64,000 nt of DNA, from assembly GCA_013239625.1 (NCBI GenBank), contig MU053557.1, forward strand, positions 1,681,063 through 1,745,062, written 5' to 3'. Shown piece by piece: positions 12,271-24,895 of this stretch; within the stretch, counting starts at the first letter, position 1, and every line of letters starts with the position of its first letter. The notes under the pieces were generated by a model, which was not told where the DNA came from, ran no database searches, and saw only the letters and a list, made by a program, of their open reading frames with translations. A program made the translations under genes and the position numbers. Source of the stretch: Lama guanicoe. Its lineage: Eukaryota.

Positions 12271-12539
12271 GCAGACTGCTTCTGAATTTCAGCAGCCACT
12301 CCACACTTGCCCAGTTTCTCCACCCAGAAAGCACCTTTCTCCAGATGACTGGATGTTTTTAGAGGAGGGGAACAAACTTTCATGTCATGATAAATAACTT
12401 CTATTACATGCACTCAGTGGTCCTCTAGTTTCTTAAAAGTCATTCAAGGTCATTCGTGCTCAGAGAAGTAAAAACACACCAGATTCGCGTAGAAAAGGGA
12501 AGTTGCTCATCCGTGAAACAGAACTAAGGCCCCTTGGAG

Positions 12540-12720
12540 CAGTGCTTCCCCACATATGTATGCTCCACAGATCTCCTGGGCCAGAACTGTGTGTGATATT
12601 TGTTAAATATGCAGACTCCCGGGCCTCACTCTACTTACTGATTCAGACCTCTGGGGACAGAGCCCAGGAATCTATGTTTAACCAGTTCCCTCAAGTGATT
12701 CCCACAAGCTGTGAGACTGA
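12540..12720. mobile_element. MER5-family hAT-Charlie MITE
   Basis: TTGTTAAATATGCAGACTCCCGGGCC...GAGCCCAGGAATCTATGTTTAACCAGTTCCCTCAAGTGATTC. Confidence 0.7.
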
Positions 12721-13934
12721 AAAAAAAAATCACCTTATATATTCTAAAGGACAATAGAGGGCATAGGAGGACAAAGCGATATACTAACATTTCACACCTC
12801 TAAGGCTCATGTGGCAAAGCACATCCATAACTGAGGTCTCTTTCATTAGCAAACTATCAGTGATATGTAGAGCAAGGGACAGTATCTTGATTTGCAGATG
12901 AAGAAAATGAAGGTCAGCTGATCAGATGGGCTTTAAAGTAATGGAGGAAGATAAAGCATCCAGACAAATACCCATAAAACCACATAGCAGGTGTACCCAT
13001 AAGAAGAGAAATGTGAAAGATGGATGGAGACACGGGGACAAAGGATCATCTGTGTGACAATTTCACTCAGCCTCTTCTTCCCTGTATATAAATTGGGAAT
13101 AGCATTTCTTCAGATTTTTTAAAAAGGGGTTCACAAAATAGAAAATATAAAAAGCATGTGGTATAAGTGCATGATATGATTACCATTATACTTTCAACTT
13201 TCCAAGGCATTCTACAATTGGTGTACGTTATAGCAAGGTAGCAAGGAAATAGCATAGGTGCAGAAGAAACAAATTGATTTCTCTAAGAAATTAACTGGGA
13301 AACAGAAAACAGGCTGAAAACAATGATTTTAACACTCAGTATCTTTCACCAATCCAAGAAAAAAGAGTTATCAGAGAAAACTCAAAACTAAAACATAGGT
13401 GAGATTTTATGAGTATGATCTCTGAGATTTAAACAAGATTTGGGGGAAGGACACTGTGTACAGCAATGTGGAGATGAAAGGGTATATGTGTCCTCTTCCA
13501 AGATGGAGATGAGTGAGGAAGGAAATGAAGAAGGGTTGTGTGGAAACCTGTGCACTTGAAGTACAATTTCCCCGGAGAGCAAACGGTAACAGGATTTGTT
13601 ATCAGAGCGTATCACAGGGTCTGGCCAGAGAGCCAAAATGAATGGTCTCCTCCAAATCGGATGGATCCCTAGTACGGCTCAGCCTCTGGGAGAGCAGAGA
13701 CAGAGTGTTCCAGCTCTTCCACGCCACCATGATTCCCCCAATCTCAGGATCTCCCAATGGCCACATTGAGGTATTCAGGAAGCAGACGCCTTTTCATCTC
13801 AGCTAGCTTTCACGGAAACCTGAAGAAATACCTATTCTAATTGAGAGGAGATGGACCCACACTCAGGATGGAGAGAAGATTAAAGCAAATGAGAGGGAAG
13901 AGGAGAAACAACTTGGTCCCATGGTGAAGAGGAC

Positions 13935-14100
13935 AAGCTGTGTGATCTGGAAGAAGTGTATCTCTCTGGAACAGAATTTCCACTTCTGTTCAAGAGTAGT
14001 ATCTACCTAATGGCCTTTCCATGAGGACAAAATAAAATACCTGTGAAATACGTAGCATAATGTGTGACACACAGTCAATGCTCAGTCATTGGTAGCATCC
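13935..14100 (+). mobile_element. MIR SINE
   Basis: AGCTGTGTGATCTGGAAGAAGT...TAGCATAATGTGTGACACACAGTCAATGCTCAGT. Confidence 0.6.
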
Positions 14101-15499
14101 ATGTTAGGCCGCAGGTGGAAGATTCCTTCAAACAATAACATACTTTGCTTTGCTTTGGGTTCTCAAAATTTGGCAGCAAAGTCAGCTTCATGCAGCTGGT
14201 AAGAAAGCTGGAGAAGATACCCATTATCACCTAACTTTGTTTTCTTAATCCTCATGAAAAAAGTCCACACAGAGATACTGATATGGCTTTTCTGTTATAG
14301 ATCAAAAAAAACAAAAACAAAACAAAACAAAAAAAACACCTCTGAATGTAAAACAACCAGGACAGTCAACAGTGCCCTTTTTATCTTCTGCAGCTCTGGC
14401 CTCAAAGGTCATCCATATAGATCAGGCCTTTCCTCAGACTGAGACAAACATAGGCGAAAAACATTGGCTTCTATTTTCTGGTATCTCTATAATAAACTTG
14501 CATCAACTGAGAAATAAAAAAGTTGATTTAAAAGTAGTATAAGAAAAGAAATAAAATTGGTTTCAAATAAAAAAGTATTTATTTCTTTTTCTATCTGGGT
14601 TCTCCTGGAAGAAGAGCTGAATGAACTTTAAAAAATGGGTACACGGTCTGTCTGTTAAGATTTTTGTACTTATTTGCAAGGTTGCAGGAGATGAAAATGA
14701 AACCATATAACAAGGTGGACGTAATTATATGCTCAAATCAATATCCACTCTCTGTGCAAATTCTGCACAGTTTTTTCTCTTTGGTGCCTCCTGTTGGTTT
14801 GGGTTTTATCACTGCTTATAAAAATTTACCTGAATAAATTAAAGGAACCAGGCAGCCTTTTCATCAGAGGATAGTCACACACAGATCATCTGCCAAACAC
14901 AACATTCCTTCCTTTTTCGAGACCCTGGAAGCATTTCCACCATTTTTTGACATGCAAGAATCTTTAACAATCAGTGCAGAGAGAAAGCATCATAATCAAG
15001 GAAAATGCCTACCAAACTGACTCCCCTCCTAAAAGCCATCTGTGTATAACGACTCCCTGTAGCAACTGCAAAGTCATAAGCAATCGGGATAGTTGCTCAA
15101 GCTAAGAGAAAATACTAAGCACAGAATTGAGAATTATAGGACAATAAAGTCAGCCTGGCCACAGAAGATCTAAAATCACCCAAGTTGTGAAACGTGGAAT
15201 GATAAATTCTGTGTTACTTCATGCTTATGAAAGCTAACATATTTACTAGCTTATGCCAGCTCCCCACTCCCTTTCTCTCAGTTCAATTTAAATGCCAAGC
15301 AATACAAACACTTTCTGTCCCCTGAGCTTAATTGGTAATGAAAGGCAGGATTGGTTAGATGTCCAAATAGCAAGAGGAAAAGGGACATATTTAGAGAATC
15401 CCTCCACAGCTCTCAAATTGCTTTCTCTGATCACATCAAAAACCAAACAAGATGATCACAGAATTCTACTGTTGAGAGTCTAACAGTCTCATTTTACAA

Positions 15500-16352
15500 C
15501 TGGGAGAACAAGCTTCTCATCTACTCTTCCTCATCCTCCCAACCAACCTCAACCTACTCATCTTTCCACGCACCCTATTTCAGGGAAGACCATTTCCCAA
15601 CATCAGAGACCTGAGCATCGTTTCTGTTGAGTTCACCTCTCAGTAGGTCTCAGTGATATGCACTTCCATCCATCCCCATCTTCATCAACTCTCCCCTGCA
15701 TGACTGGATGCATCTGAGCTCTTGCTCTGCCTCCAGACTTTCCCTCCTGCTCTAACCTGTACCCCCTCCTCAGCCAAGAAGCCAGAGCAACGCTTCTCAA
15801 GGGCTAACTGCACCACTCCCATGTTACCTTCTGTAGTAATTTTTCATCATGCTCTAAATAATGCCCAAGGCCCATAACGGACTTATGCAACCTCTGGTAA
15901 CTTCCCCAACCACATCTCTTCGATGCCTCCCACTGTTTTTGCACCCACCACATCAAATTCCAGATAATTCCTCAAAGATAACTTGCTCTTTCTCACCTTC
16001 CCACATTCTGCTCCATCTGCCCAAAATACTCTTCCCTCTCCTTCTCACCTTGCTAATGCCTACTCATCAAGAGGTTGTCATGTCCTCCAGGACATCTTCA
16101 TCTTCCTGACCACTCCTTCAGTGTGGTTCAGCATTCCCCATAATGTGCTCTCAAAACTCTCTCTACACCTGCAACAAAGCACACGCCCTGCTGTATTGTA
16201 ATTGCTTTTTAGGCATTTGTCTTCTGAGCCAGCTCACAAGCATTACGGTAGCAGGGACCAAGTCCATGTTATTAATTCTTATAATCCTCAGCTCTTAGGA
16301 TAATTCCAGAGGACTATAAAAGGTGTTTAAATTGTATTTTTTGAATGAGCAA
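15500..16352 (+). mobile_element. L2 LINE fragment
   Basis: Long pyrimidine-rich stretch with L2-like motifs (CTTGCTAATGCCTACTCATC, GCAGGGACCAAGTC) ending TTTTTGAATGAG. Confidence 0.65.
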
Positions 16353-16624
16353 GTGAAAAAACTCAAGTACTTTCTCAAATTCTTAGCATTCTGGCAGTAC
16401 ATTCAGGGATAGATACCAGACCAGTGCTTTTGGCTCTACTCAAGTTGAGGAATATTTTATTATTAATTTCAGTCTATATATTCATTCAATGAATATTATA
16501 TTAAGCATTAGGGTACCAATAACCATTATTATACTTTTACTAGTTTACAGTAAAAGTATAAAGCTCTTCATTGCTTAATCCTGAAGCCTATCCTGAAAGC
16601 AGATAATTTTTATCATCTCATTTT

Positions 16625-16965
16625 AAAAGATGAAATCTTTTTCTCCCTTTTTTTCTTCCTTCCCTTCTTCCAATGCAGTCAAAAGACTCCACCACCACAG
16701 GAGGACACTGGGAGGGCAACCCAGCAGAGTTGGGATGGTACAAGGAGGGAATCCCAATGGGACAGCAGACCAATGGGGATAAGGAGTTAGCATACAATTG
16801 GAGGGGATTAAACAAATAACCAAATACATTCAGGATAATGCAAGCCAAGTTTCTCACTGTTGAAGAAGGAAAGCACAAACACGGGAAAGGAGAAAGAATT
16901 CAAATGAACCCTGTGGTATGAGCTGGGATGAAAGACATCAACGTAACTTCACGGCTTTCGGTAAA
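16625..16965 (+). mobile_element. L1MC/L1MD-like 3' UTR fragment
   Basis: GGATAATGCAAGCCAAGTTTCTCACTGTTGAAGAAGG...AATGAACCCTGTGGT matches a recalled L1MC/MD 3' UTR. Confidence 0.55.
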
Positions 16966-17722
16966 AGACGTCGAGATAGGAACAACTTTGATGATTGAGG
17001 AGCAACAGGAGTGTCTTTGTAGCTACAAGATAATAAGCAAAGTAGAAAAGTTGGGGGGAAAATGAAGTCTGGGACTTACCGGGACCTATGAAATCAGAAT
17101 CTCAAAAAACGAGACCCAAGAATCTTGTTTTAGAAGTTATTTTTAAGTGTTCGAATATTCAAACTTCCTCACACTAAAGAAAGAACTTTAAAGACAATGA
17201 CACAGTCACTTTTAGAAACTTTAATGACATCAGAAATATATCGAAATAAGAAACTGGCAAACCGAGGGACAAAACTGAATCCAGTCAGCACTGAATAAAA
17301 TGGCCCATGCTAATGATTCTTATCCATTGGTGTCTTCAGTTCTAGAGTCATTGTCTAAGACTTGAATCTTAGCATGAAAGAAATAAAATGCCTATTTTTT
17401 CTAAAAAGAATATTAACATGATTTTAAATAATCTGCTCTTGGGGTTGCCATATATATTAAGTTGTACTTAATGAAAAGTACATGAAAGCTTGTATCAGTA
17501 ATTTGAGTGGTAAACACTACTGTCGTAACTAAACAACTATCCAAATATTCTTCGCTTAGTAGTTAAAAACTGTACTAATACTACTGAGAATAAATATTCC
17601 TGCTAAAATCATGTAAAACACAAAAACGCTAAACTAAAATTTACATTTTTATTTATCATTTATAGTTAGAAAAGTCAAGAGAAATCTTGTTCAATTTGCA
17701 AATGCACATGAAAACTACAAGG

Positions 17723-17887
17723 TGGGCAGGGAAATAGCTCAGTGGTAGAGTGCATGCTGAACATGCATGAGGTCCTGGGTTCAATTCCCCCATAACTCCA
17801 TTAATAAATAAGTAAATAAATAAACAAACCTAATTACCTCCCCCTCTAAGAAATTAAATTTAAAAAATTAAAAATGTTTAATTAAAA
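17723..17887 (+). mobile_element. tRNA-Ala-derived SINE (camelid Vic-1-like), long-tailed form
   Basis: A box TAGCTCAGTGG, B box GGTTCAATTCC, tail ATAAACAAACCTAATTACCTCCCC and A-rich end; 12-bp TSD AAAACTACAAGG at 17711-17722 and 17888-17899. Confidence 0.9.
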
Positions 17888-18137
17888 AAAACTACAAGGA
17901 GGCACCTCCATAACAACAGTTATAAAAGCTCTATGCCCTCCTGGCCAATTCTTTTGTCCTCAAGTTGCAAATCCTTTAACTTTCTGACTGAACCACAAGT
18001 GATCCAAGTTAACTGGGAAAGCTTAGCTTTCCTCCAATTAAAGAAAATTTACCTTTGGCTGATAGCATGATCATTTTATTTTGGAAAAGTGTTACTGCAG
18101 TAATTGAAAATATGCTAGAAGAGAGATGATTACCCAC

Positions 18138-18533
18138 TGTAACAGTAAGGGTCTTGGCAGAAAACAGATGGCATACTCCAACTGGGTAATTCGACACAAG
18201 TTTAACAAGAAGAATCTTTATTGAAGTGTAGGCAGAGTTTAGAGCAATCAACAATGCAGAACCCCAGGAATAACAACAGCATGAAGACCAAGAAAGGCAC
18301 AGAACGGTTTAGAATCCAGAGAAAGCAGGTATGGAGAGAGGGCTGCAGGAGTGGTGACACAGTCAACCCACAGCCCAGGAGGGAAGGAGCCAGAGGAATA
18401 AATACCTCCACTGCACCCTCCTCCTGCCTTCTGGTCTCCACACTGGTCAAGCCCATCCTGAATATGGAGATCTCACTGATGCAAACCATGCAGGTCGGCA
18501 TCCCTTGGCAGAGAGCAGGCAATATCCAGTACA
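18138..18533 (-). mobile_element. ERVL solo LTR (LTR41/LTR40-like)
   Basis: TG...CA ends; AGGGTCTTGGCAGAAAACAGATGGCATACTCCAACTGGGTAATT matches the recalled antisense LTR41 U5 end. Confidence 0.65.
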
Positions 18534-18694
18534 TCTCCCTTTTCAAGTATCAGATAACGTAGGAAAGAGATACATTAGGTGGTGTGCCTTACTCCTTGAG
18601 AAACAGGACTCAGTTCTGAGTTTTGTGGAAGACACAGCAATCACCTTCAGATCACAAGTTTCCCACCATCTTTTTGAGCCACTATCATAATGGT

Positions 18695-19170
18695 CATTTG
18701 GAGGGCATTTTACTGCTTTTGTCTGTCCAGCATCCATTTGCCCTCCACTTGGTATCAGTACTCTGGCTTTTGCTACAGTGTCCACCCGTTCCTACTGCAG
18801 CCCATTTGCTTGAGAAAAGCTGGTAGTGCTCCAGACTTAAGGATGGGGTGTGTCAGAGGACTCTCTGATCCGTGTAATCACATCTCTCAACTACGGTTAA
18901 CTATTAGATACAGGTGTGACCTAATTTGATCTGAACAGACTGAATCCTGTTGACTACTGGGACAAGAGACACATTACTGTCCACTAGTATGAATGACCAA
19001 GGATGTATGTAGCCTTAGGGTCACAAGAGGAGAAGCTTGCTGAAAACGGAAGTAACACCAAAAAAGAGGGTGCATCTCATTCTCACCTAATCAAGTCTCA
19101 TCCTGCCACTGTTCTTTTCTATAACACAAGGCGGTAAACACCCTCTGCTGTCTGAGTCGGGTTTTCTGCA
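18695..19170 (+). mobile_element. Old ERVL LTR (LTR16/LTR33-like)
   Basis: TTTGTCTGTCCAGCATCCATT start motif and CTGTCTGAGTCGGGTTTTCTG end motif; diverged. Confidence 0.45.
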
Positions 19171-19444
19171 GTGGGGTAGCTCATCATACAGTTGAGTGTA
19201 TCATACAGTTGACTGTTTCAAGGCATCTGGGTGCTTCAAGCAGAAGTAACTACTTCCTAGGTAAGTCTCAATCAATGTTCTTGAAAATGCCTGCTCACAG
19301 CACATCACAAATAAACTCTGGGCAGCCTACTGAGAAGCTTTAATGTTTATATGTTAATATCTAAAGTTATTTTAATTAGAAGCCATGTTTAGATTACCCA
19401 CTAATAATTTAATGGATTATGAAAATACCCCTCCCACTACATTC

Positions 19445-21045
19445 TGAAGACATATTCTGAGGATCTACCGTGTACTAGACTTTGGGGACCTAAAAATTAC
19501 TAAGACATAGAGTCACCAAAGAGTTCCCTTAAATTTAGCAGAGACATATCAAGAAGCTCATCTTGATATATCACACAAAGGGGTTTTATATTATCATTGA
19601 AAAATACATAAGACATTAGGGAAGCTCAAAAGGAGGAGTTATCAATTCTACTACAATGTAAGAAGTCTGATAAGCTTCAGCACCTTTTAAGGAAGGCCTC
19701 GAAGGACACCAGGGACCTTGGACAAGGAAGTTGGACAATGCAGGCTGAGGAGACAGCATAAATAAAGACGTGTTCACTTGTAAAGGTTCAGTGTGGCTTC
19801 AGTAAACACAGAGTTGCAGCGTGATTATAAGGAGGGTTCAGTTCCACCCTGGTTCTCCACCTTCTGGTAATTATGTGATCTTGGGCAAATTACTTAACTT
19901 TTCTCGTATCACTTTCCTAACATAAAATAACACTAATAATGTACCTTGATCATCCTTGTTGTTAGTATCAAAAGCCCAGATACATGTAAAATGTCTGTTA
20001 CTCAAAAATATGGTCTTATTAGGAGAAAGATAACTGCTTAGGCAGACTGGTACCAGGTTGTGAGAATTCTTATGAGCTCTGCTAGATATTTGGATTTTAT
20101 AGAGTGTAGCTTAATGTACACCAAATATGAAAGATTTTAAGTAGACATGACAAGATTTATATTTTAGAAGAATAATGTGACTCTTGGGGTTTTTTTGGGG
20201 GGGACAATTAGGTTTATTTATTTATGTATTTTTTTAATGGAGGTACCACTCCCCTAACGTGACTCTTGGAACAAGAAGAGATTGAAGGCAAAGTAACTGA
20301 GATATTACAATCATCCTTACAATAAATGATAAAGGCATGAGGGCCTGAACCAGCACAGGAGCAGAAGGAGTGGAAGAAAAGTGACAGAAATGCACAAGCA
20401 AGGTATCAAGGAAGACTGCAAAGTTTCTGGTGGAGGCTGGTGCCTTTATTAAATAAAGATAAGAAAAGGAGTAATAGGTTTGTTGGAGAAAACAATAAGC
20501 TGATGTTTAGGAGCAGCCAAGTGTCAGCTAGCCATATGCTCCACAAATGGAAAATCCCAGGAGTTGTTGGAAATACAAGTTCAAGACAGAGGTAGGTCCA
20601 GGCAGGAAGCAGAGACACGAGAATCAACCGCGAATATATTACAGCTAAAGAAAGGGAGATGATGGGTCAGACCAACAACAAGGATAAAACTGCGAAAAAC
20701 ACTAAATCAAAAAGTGCAAAGAGCTAGCCAAGGAGCCTTAGAAGTAACTTCCCACCAGTGTGGTAGAAGTTGAGGTGCAAGAGAGTAGAGGTTTCAAACT
20801 CAGGAGAGGAAAGGGCTTCAAGGAATAGACTACAGAAATAAAAGGTACAGAGAGAAAGCACTTAAGATACACAATGATTCAAAGGGCACCACTGCACTTG
20901 GGAGAGGAATCATATTTAACCCCAGGGAGAGAAGTCTCAGGGAGGTGACAGAAGCAGAAGCCAAACTGCAGTGGCTGAGGCCAAGGAGAAGGGTGAGGAC
21001 CTGGAACCGGGTGGAGGGCCCACTCTTTTAAGGAGCTGTTTGGCA
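19445..21045 (-). mobile_element. Long L2 fragment carrying a nested MIR (about 19815-20020, +) and a deleted SINE
   Basis: Purine-rich antisense L2 motifs (TTTGGATTTTAT, GATTTATATTTTAGAAG, GGGCCTGAACCAG, CAGAAGCCAAACTGCAGTGG); MIR core TGTGATCTTGGGCAAATTACTTAAC. Confidence 0.65.
20188..20254 (-). mobile_element. Internally deleted Vic-1-like SINE (67 bp)
   Basis: Minus strand reads GGGGAGTGGTACCTCCATTAAAAAAATACATAAATAAATAAACCTAATTGTCCCCCCCAAAAAAACC; 15-bp TSD TAA(T/C)GTGACTCTTGG at 20173-20187 and 20255-20269. Confidence 0.85.
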
Positions 21046-21984
21046 GCTCTCCCAGGCTTCCCTTACTTTGAAATTCTCTGACCTTAGAGTCAGACTCTGT
21101 TCTAACAATACAATGAGTGGAATGCAGCTGTCTTGTTAGCTGGTGCATCTCAGAATGGATCTTTTATAATCAGAAATGCTTGTTTTGGAAAAACCAGGCA
21201 GTTACAGACAGCATTCTGTCTGACTTCCCAAGAACTTTCCTCTACTCCACAGATAAGAACTTCACTCAGGACAAGTAGCAGTGATTTAAGACTTATATTT
21301 CCAGTTCCTGAAAGCAGACAATAAAACACTGATGAAGTCTTATTCATTCCTGGGTCATCGTCAGGAAATAGTGAACAGCCAAGAAGAACTGGATGTAATT
21401 CAAGAAATATAGACGCTATCCAGATATATATATTATCACCATCTTTCTTATTTATGACTCTGGGAAAGAGGTCAAAGCTCATTTCCAAAGTTATCTTATT
21501 AACCTCATAATTCACTTTGGAATATAAAGAATTAATATTTGGCCCACTTTATACATGGAGAAATAGAGGTCCAAGACCCAAAAGGAGTTCAGTGTCCAGA
21601 GTTCACAATACAGATTTCCGGCCACGATTCACCAACACATCAGAGCCGAGTCCAACAAAGTGTGAGTGGTCCATGAATCTCTTGTATCAAAGATATGTTG
21701 GGTTTTTTTTTTTTTCAGAAATGCATATTCCTAGGACCCTCTTCAGACCTATTGATCTGTTTCTTCTCAAGGTGGACTTTGAATTCTGAATTTTAAAAAA
21801 TTTCACTGGAGGTTATTATATATCTCAGCTTTTCAAAAATACTGAAAGATCTTCAATGACTCAACAAGGACATTCTTTGTTGAGCAACTACTAGATGCAA
21901 ATTATTTGCTATTCTCTCCAAAAAATACCAAAGGACCTAACATTTTTTCTTGCCTTGAAGGAGTTTTACTAGACTTGTATACCA

Positions 21985-22094
21985 TTGTTTTCGCTGTTCA
22001 CAACCCCTGGATTTGGGGCATCACTAACTATGACACAGCCCTACTGATTATATCAGGGTCACACATGACAGCTAACCAACAATTGTCTATTCTT

Positions 22095-22141
<47 letters not shown>

Positions 22142-22480
22142 CTATGTGAAGTAGGATACAAAACTGTAAGCAGTTAGTGAAGAATGCTACCGCTGATCAA
22201 TTAGATTTAGATTTTGGGATTGTGGCCATGATGAGCTATATGCAACCTAGCAGAATTATCCAGTCAAGAAAAAGAGGATAGCAAAGGAGGCTCACAGACA
22301 GCAGCAGAGAGAAATGGGCTTCAGAGGCAAAGAATGAGGTCATAGTTCCTGATAACTTTCCAGTTTCCCCCATGCCTCTTGCCACTGCTTCCATGTGATT
22401 CCTTGTATCCTTATATAGAAACTTTTACTCAAGCTAGTTTGAATGGATTTCTACTCCCAGAGATTGTAAGAATCTTATGT
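21985..22480 (+). mobile_element. Old ERVL LTR (LTR67B/LTR33-like) containing a CT microsatellite
   Basis: GTTCCTGATAACTTTCCAGTT...CAAGCTAGTTTGAATGGATTTCT 3' LTR-like motif. Confidence 0.4.
22090..22140. repeat. (TC)n microsatellite, imperfect
   Basis: Direct read of TCTTTCTCTC...TCTC. Confidence 0.95.
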
Positions 22481-22539
22481 GGAGCAAATAACTTATCATT
22501 AAATAAATCCAGTGTATTCAGTTGCATTATTCTCCCCTT

Positions 22540-23355
22540 GCAGTAAAGAGAATCACCTCCTGGCCAGTTATGCAAGCCAGGAAACTTAAGGCCATCCCTC
22601 TCCTTCATCTACCATATTCCACCACCACCAAGGATTGCTAATTTCATCTCCAGAATCTCTCCCAACCATTCATTTCTTTCCCTCTACAACTGCTGTCCTA
22701 GACACAGCTACCAGCACTGCCTGCCTTAGAGACCTTCTAGTGGCTCTACCCATGTCCACTCTCCGTCCTCTCCAGACCTATACACAATGAGAATCTCATC
22801 ACACCCCTACTACCCCACTGCTGTGCTCATCACCATCCAATGGCTTCCCACTGCACTCGGTATAAAGATCAAAATCCTTCGCATTGCCCACAGTGTCTCA
22901 CCCGGTGTCACCTCAGCTTGCACCCTGTATTCTTTTGCTCTCTCTGTTTGAGCCTCACTGGCTTTCTTTCAGTAACCAATACTTCTCACGCTCCTTTTCA
23001 CCTTTGTAAAAGCTCTTCTCTCAGCCCACATTGCTCTGCTCTCCGCACTTGCCTAGTTAGTTCTCATCCATCCTCTGGAACTCATCTCAGCATCATTCCC
23101 TCAGGGAAGACTTTCCTGACCTCCCTGACAAGGTCAGATATCCCCAGCATAAACTCTCATAATACTACATCACTCACCTTTACAACATTTATCACAGTTG
23201 CGACTTTAAATCCACATGACTATTTGATAACCTGATCCGTATCTTCTAGGCTGTAAGCTCCGAGTCTCCCTGTGTTGTACACACTGTCTCCCTAATACCT
23301 GACTCTGTGCCTGCTGCATAGTGAGTTCTCTGAAGTATTTCCTGAATAAAGGTTG
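22540..23355 (+). mobile_element. L2 LINE fragment
   Basis: CAATGGCTTCCCACTGCACTCGGTATAAA, CCTCAGGGAAGACTTTCCTGACC, CTAGGCTGTAAGCTCC and tail TATTTCCTGAATAAA. Confidence 0.8.
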
Positions 23356-24039
23356 CGTGACTGGAGTAGGTAAGCAAGAATCAGAAGCACTGCGTGACAA
23401 CCAGATTTTTCATTGACAAAGCATAGGTTTGCCCATGCTGAGGACCAGATGGGGAAAAAAAGGAGATGGAGAAGTCAGGTGTATTTATAAAAGGGACTGA
23501 TTCAGGGCAGGCTGAGACAACAGAGAGCCTGAACTATCTGGAGATTGGTTAGATACTAGACCAAAATCATTCATTTGACTTGAAATGGGACAAGAAATCT
23601 GGGTCAGGAGCCAAAGCAGGAATATAGGATGATTTCCGTCTGAGAGAAACATTCCAGATAAAGATAACTAAGTGACCACAAAGTGGGTGAAGTGGGTTGT
23701 CAAGAAGTCAGATAGAACCCCAAGAGGTGATGATGCTGGTCCAACAAGATAAAAAACTTGTTAGCCATGGGGAGTCAACTCGGTAATAACAGTCCATACA
23801 GCAAATCTCATAATTTATACTTAGTGTGTGCCAAATACACTTTGAATATATTTTAATTTATTTTATTATACTAATATAATGTGTTATATTATTATTTCAG
23901 TTTAATTTCAAAATAATCCAATGAGGTAAGCAAACTTACTGCACCAGTTTTACAAAATAAGCTACCTGGGACTCAGCAGCTTGACCAAACAGATCATCAA
24001 AAAGGCATTATTTAATGTCACACTGTTTAACAAGTAGTC

Positions 24040-24895
24040 AGTCATCGTGGTTAACAATATGGGATTTGGACAATAGCCAAGACATGGAAACAACCTAAAT
24101 GTCCACTGACACACGACTGGATAAAGAAGCTGTGGTATATTTATACAATGGAATACTACTCAGCCATAAAAAAGAATAAAGCCATTTGCAGCAACACAGA
24201 TGGACATAGAGGTTGTCATTCTAAGTGAAGTAAGCAAGAAAGACAAAGAAAAATATCATATGATATCACTTACATGTGGAATCTAAAAAAAAAGACAAAT
24301 GAAGTTATTTATAAAACAGAAACAGACTCACAGACAGAAAACTTATGGTTATGGGGAGAGAGGTGAAGTGGGTGGAAAGAGATAAATTGGGAGTTCAGGC
24401 TTGGCAGATACTAACTCCTATATGTAAGATAAATAAACAACAAGTTTATACTGTATAACACAGAGAACTATATTCAATATCTTGTACAAATTTTTGGTGA
24501 AAAAGAATATGAAAATGAATATACATATGTGTATGTACGACTGAAGAATTGTGCTGTAACCAGAAATTGACATAACATTGTCAAATGTATATATATCAGT
24601 CAAATAAATAAATGAATAAATAAATAAATAAATATACACACACACAAAAAACCCCATAAAATATATTCTCACTAGAGGAAAAAAAACTACATAGGATTTG
24701 GAATCACATGGATATGGTTTCAAACACCGGTTGTGCCACAGTCTAGCTGCATGACTGTTATTTAAACTCCGACACTTGGTTTCTGCTTTTAACAGGAATA
24801 TTTACACCCAGCTCACATAGTTGTTTAAAGGTTAAATAAGAAAGTGTATTTCAAAGTTCTTAGTACAGAACTAACATAAGTACTCAATAATTAAT
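24040..24895 (+). mobile_element. MIR SINE split by an L1 insertion
   Basis: Head CATCGTGGTTAACAATATGGGATTTGGA before the L1; body and tail (CTAGCTGCATGAC...TAAGTACTCAATAA) after 24702. Confidence 0.65.
24071..24686 (+). mobile_element. L1 3' end (camelid type) with (AAAT)n tail and extra 3' segment
   Basis: CAATAGCCAAGACATGGAAACAACCTAAATGTCC...; imperfect 18-bp TSD AACAATATGGGATTTGGA (24053-24070) / AACTACATAGGATTTGGA (24685-24702). Confidence 0.9.

Noticed and set aside
13723..13806. Perfect Kozak GCCACCATG opening a 25-aa ORF (MIPPISGSPNGHIEVFRKQTPFHLS)
   Set aside because: A 9-mer is expected by chance in a window of this size. There is no promoter context, the donor (GAG|GTATTC) is weak and I know no homolog.
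19545..19568. 9-bp stem hairpin ATATCAAGA-N6-TCTTGATAT; also CTGTGCA-N5-TGCACAG at about 14752
   Set aside because: Short stems with free loop length are expected by chance in 64 kb, and the first lies within an L2.
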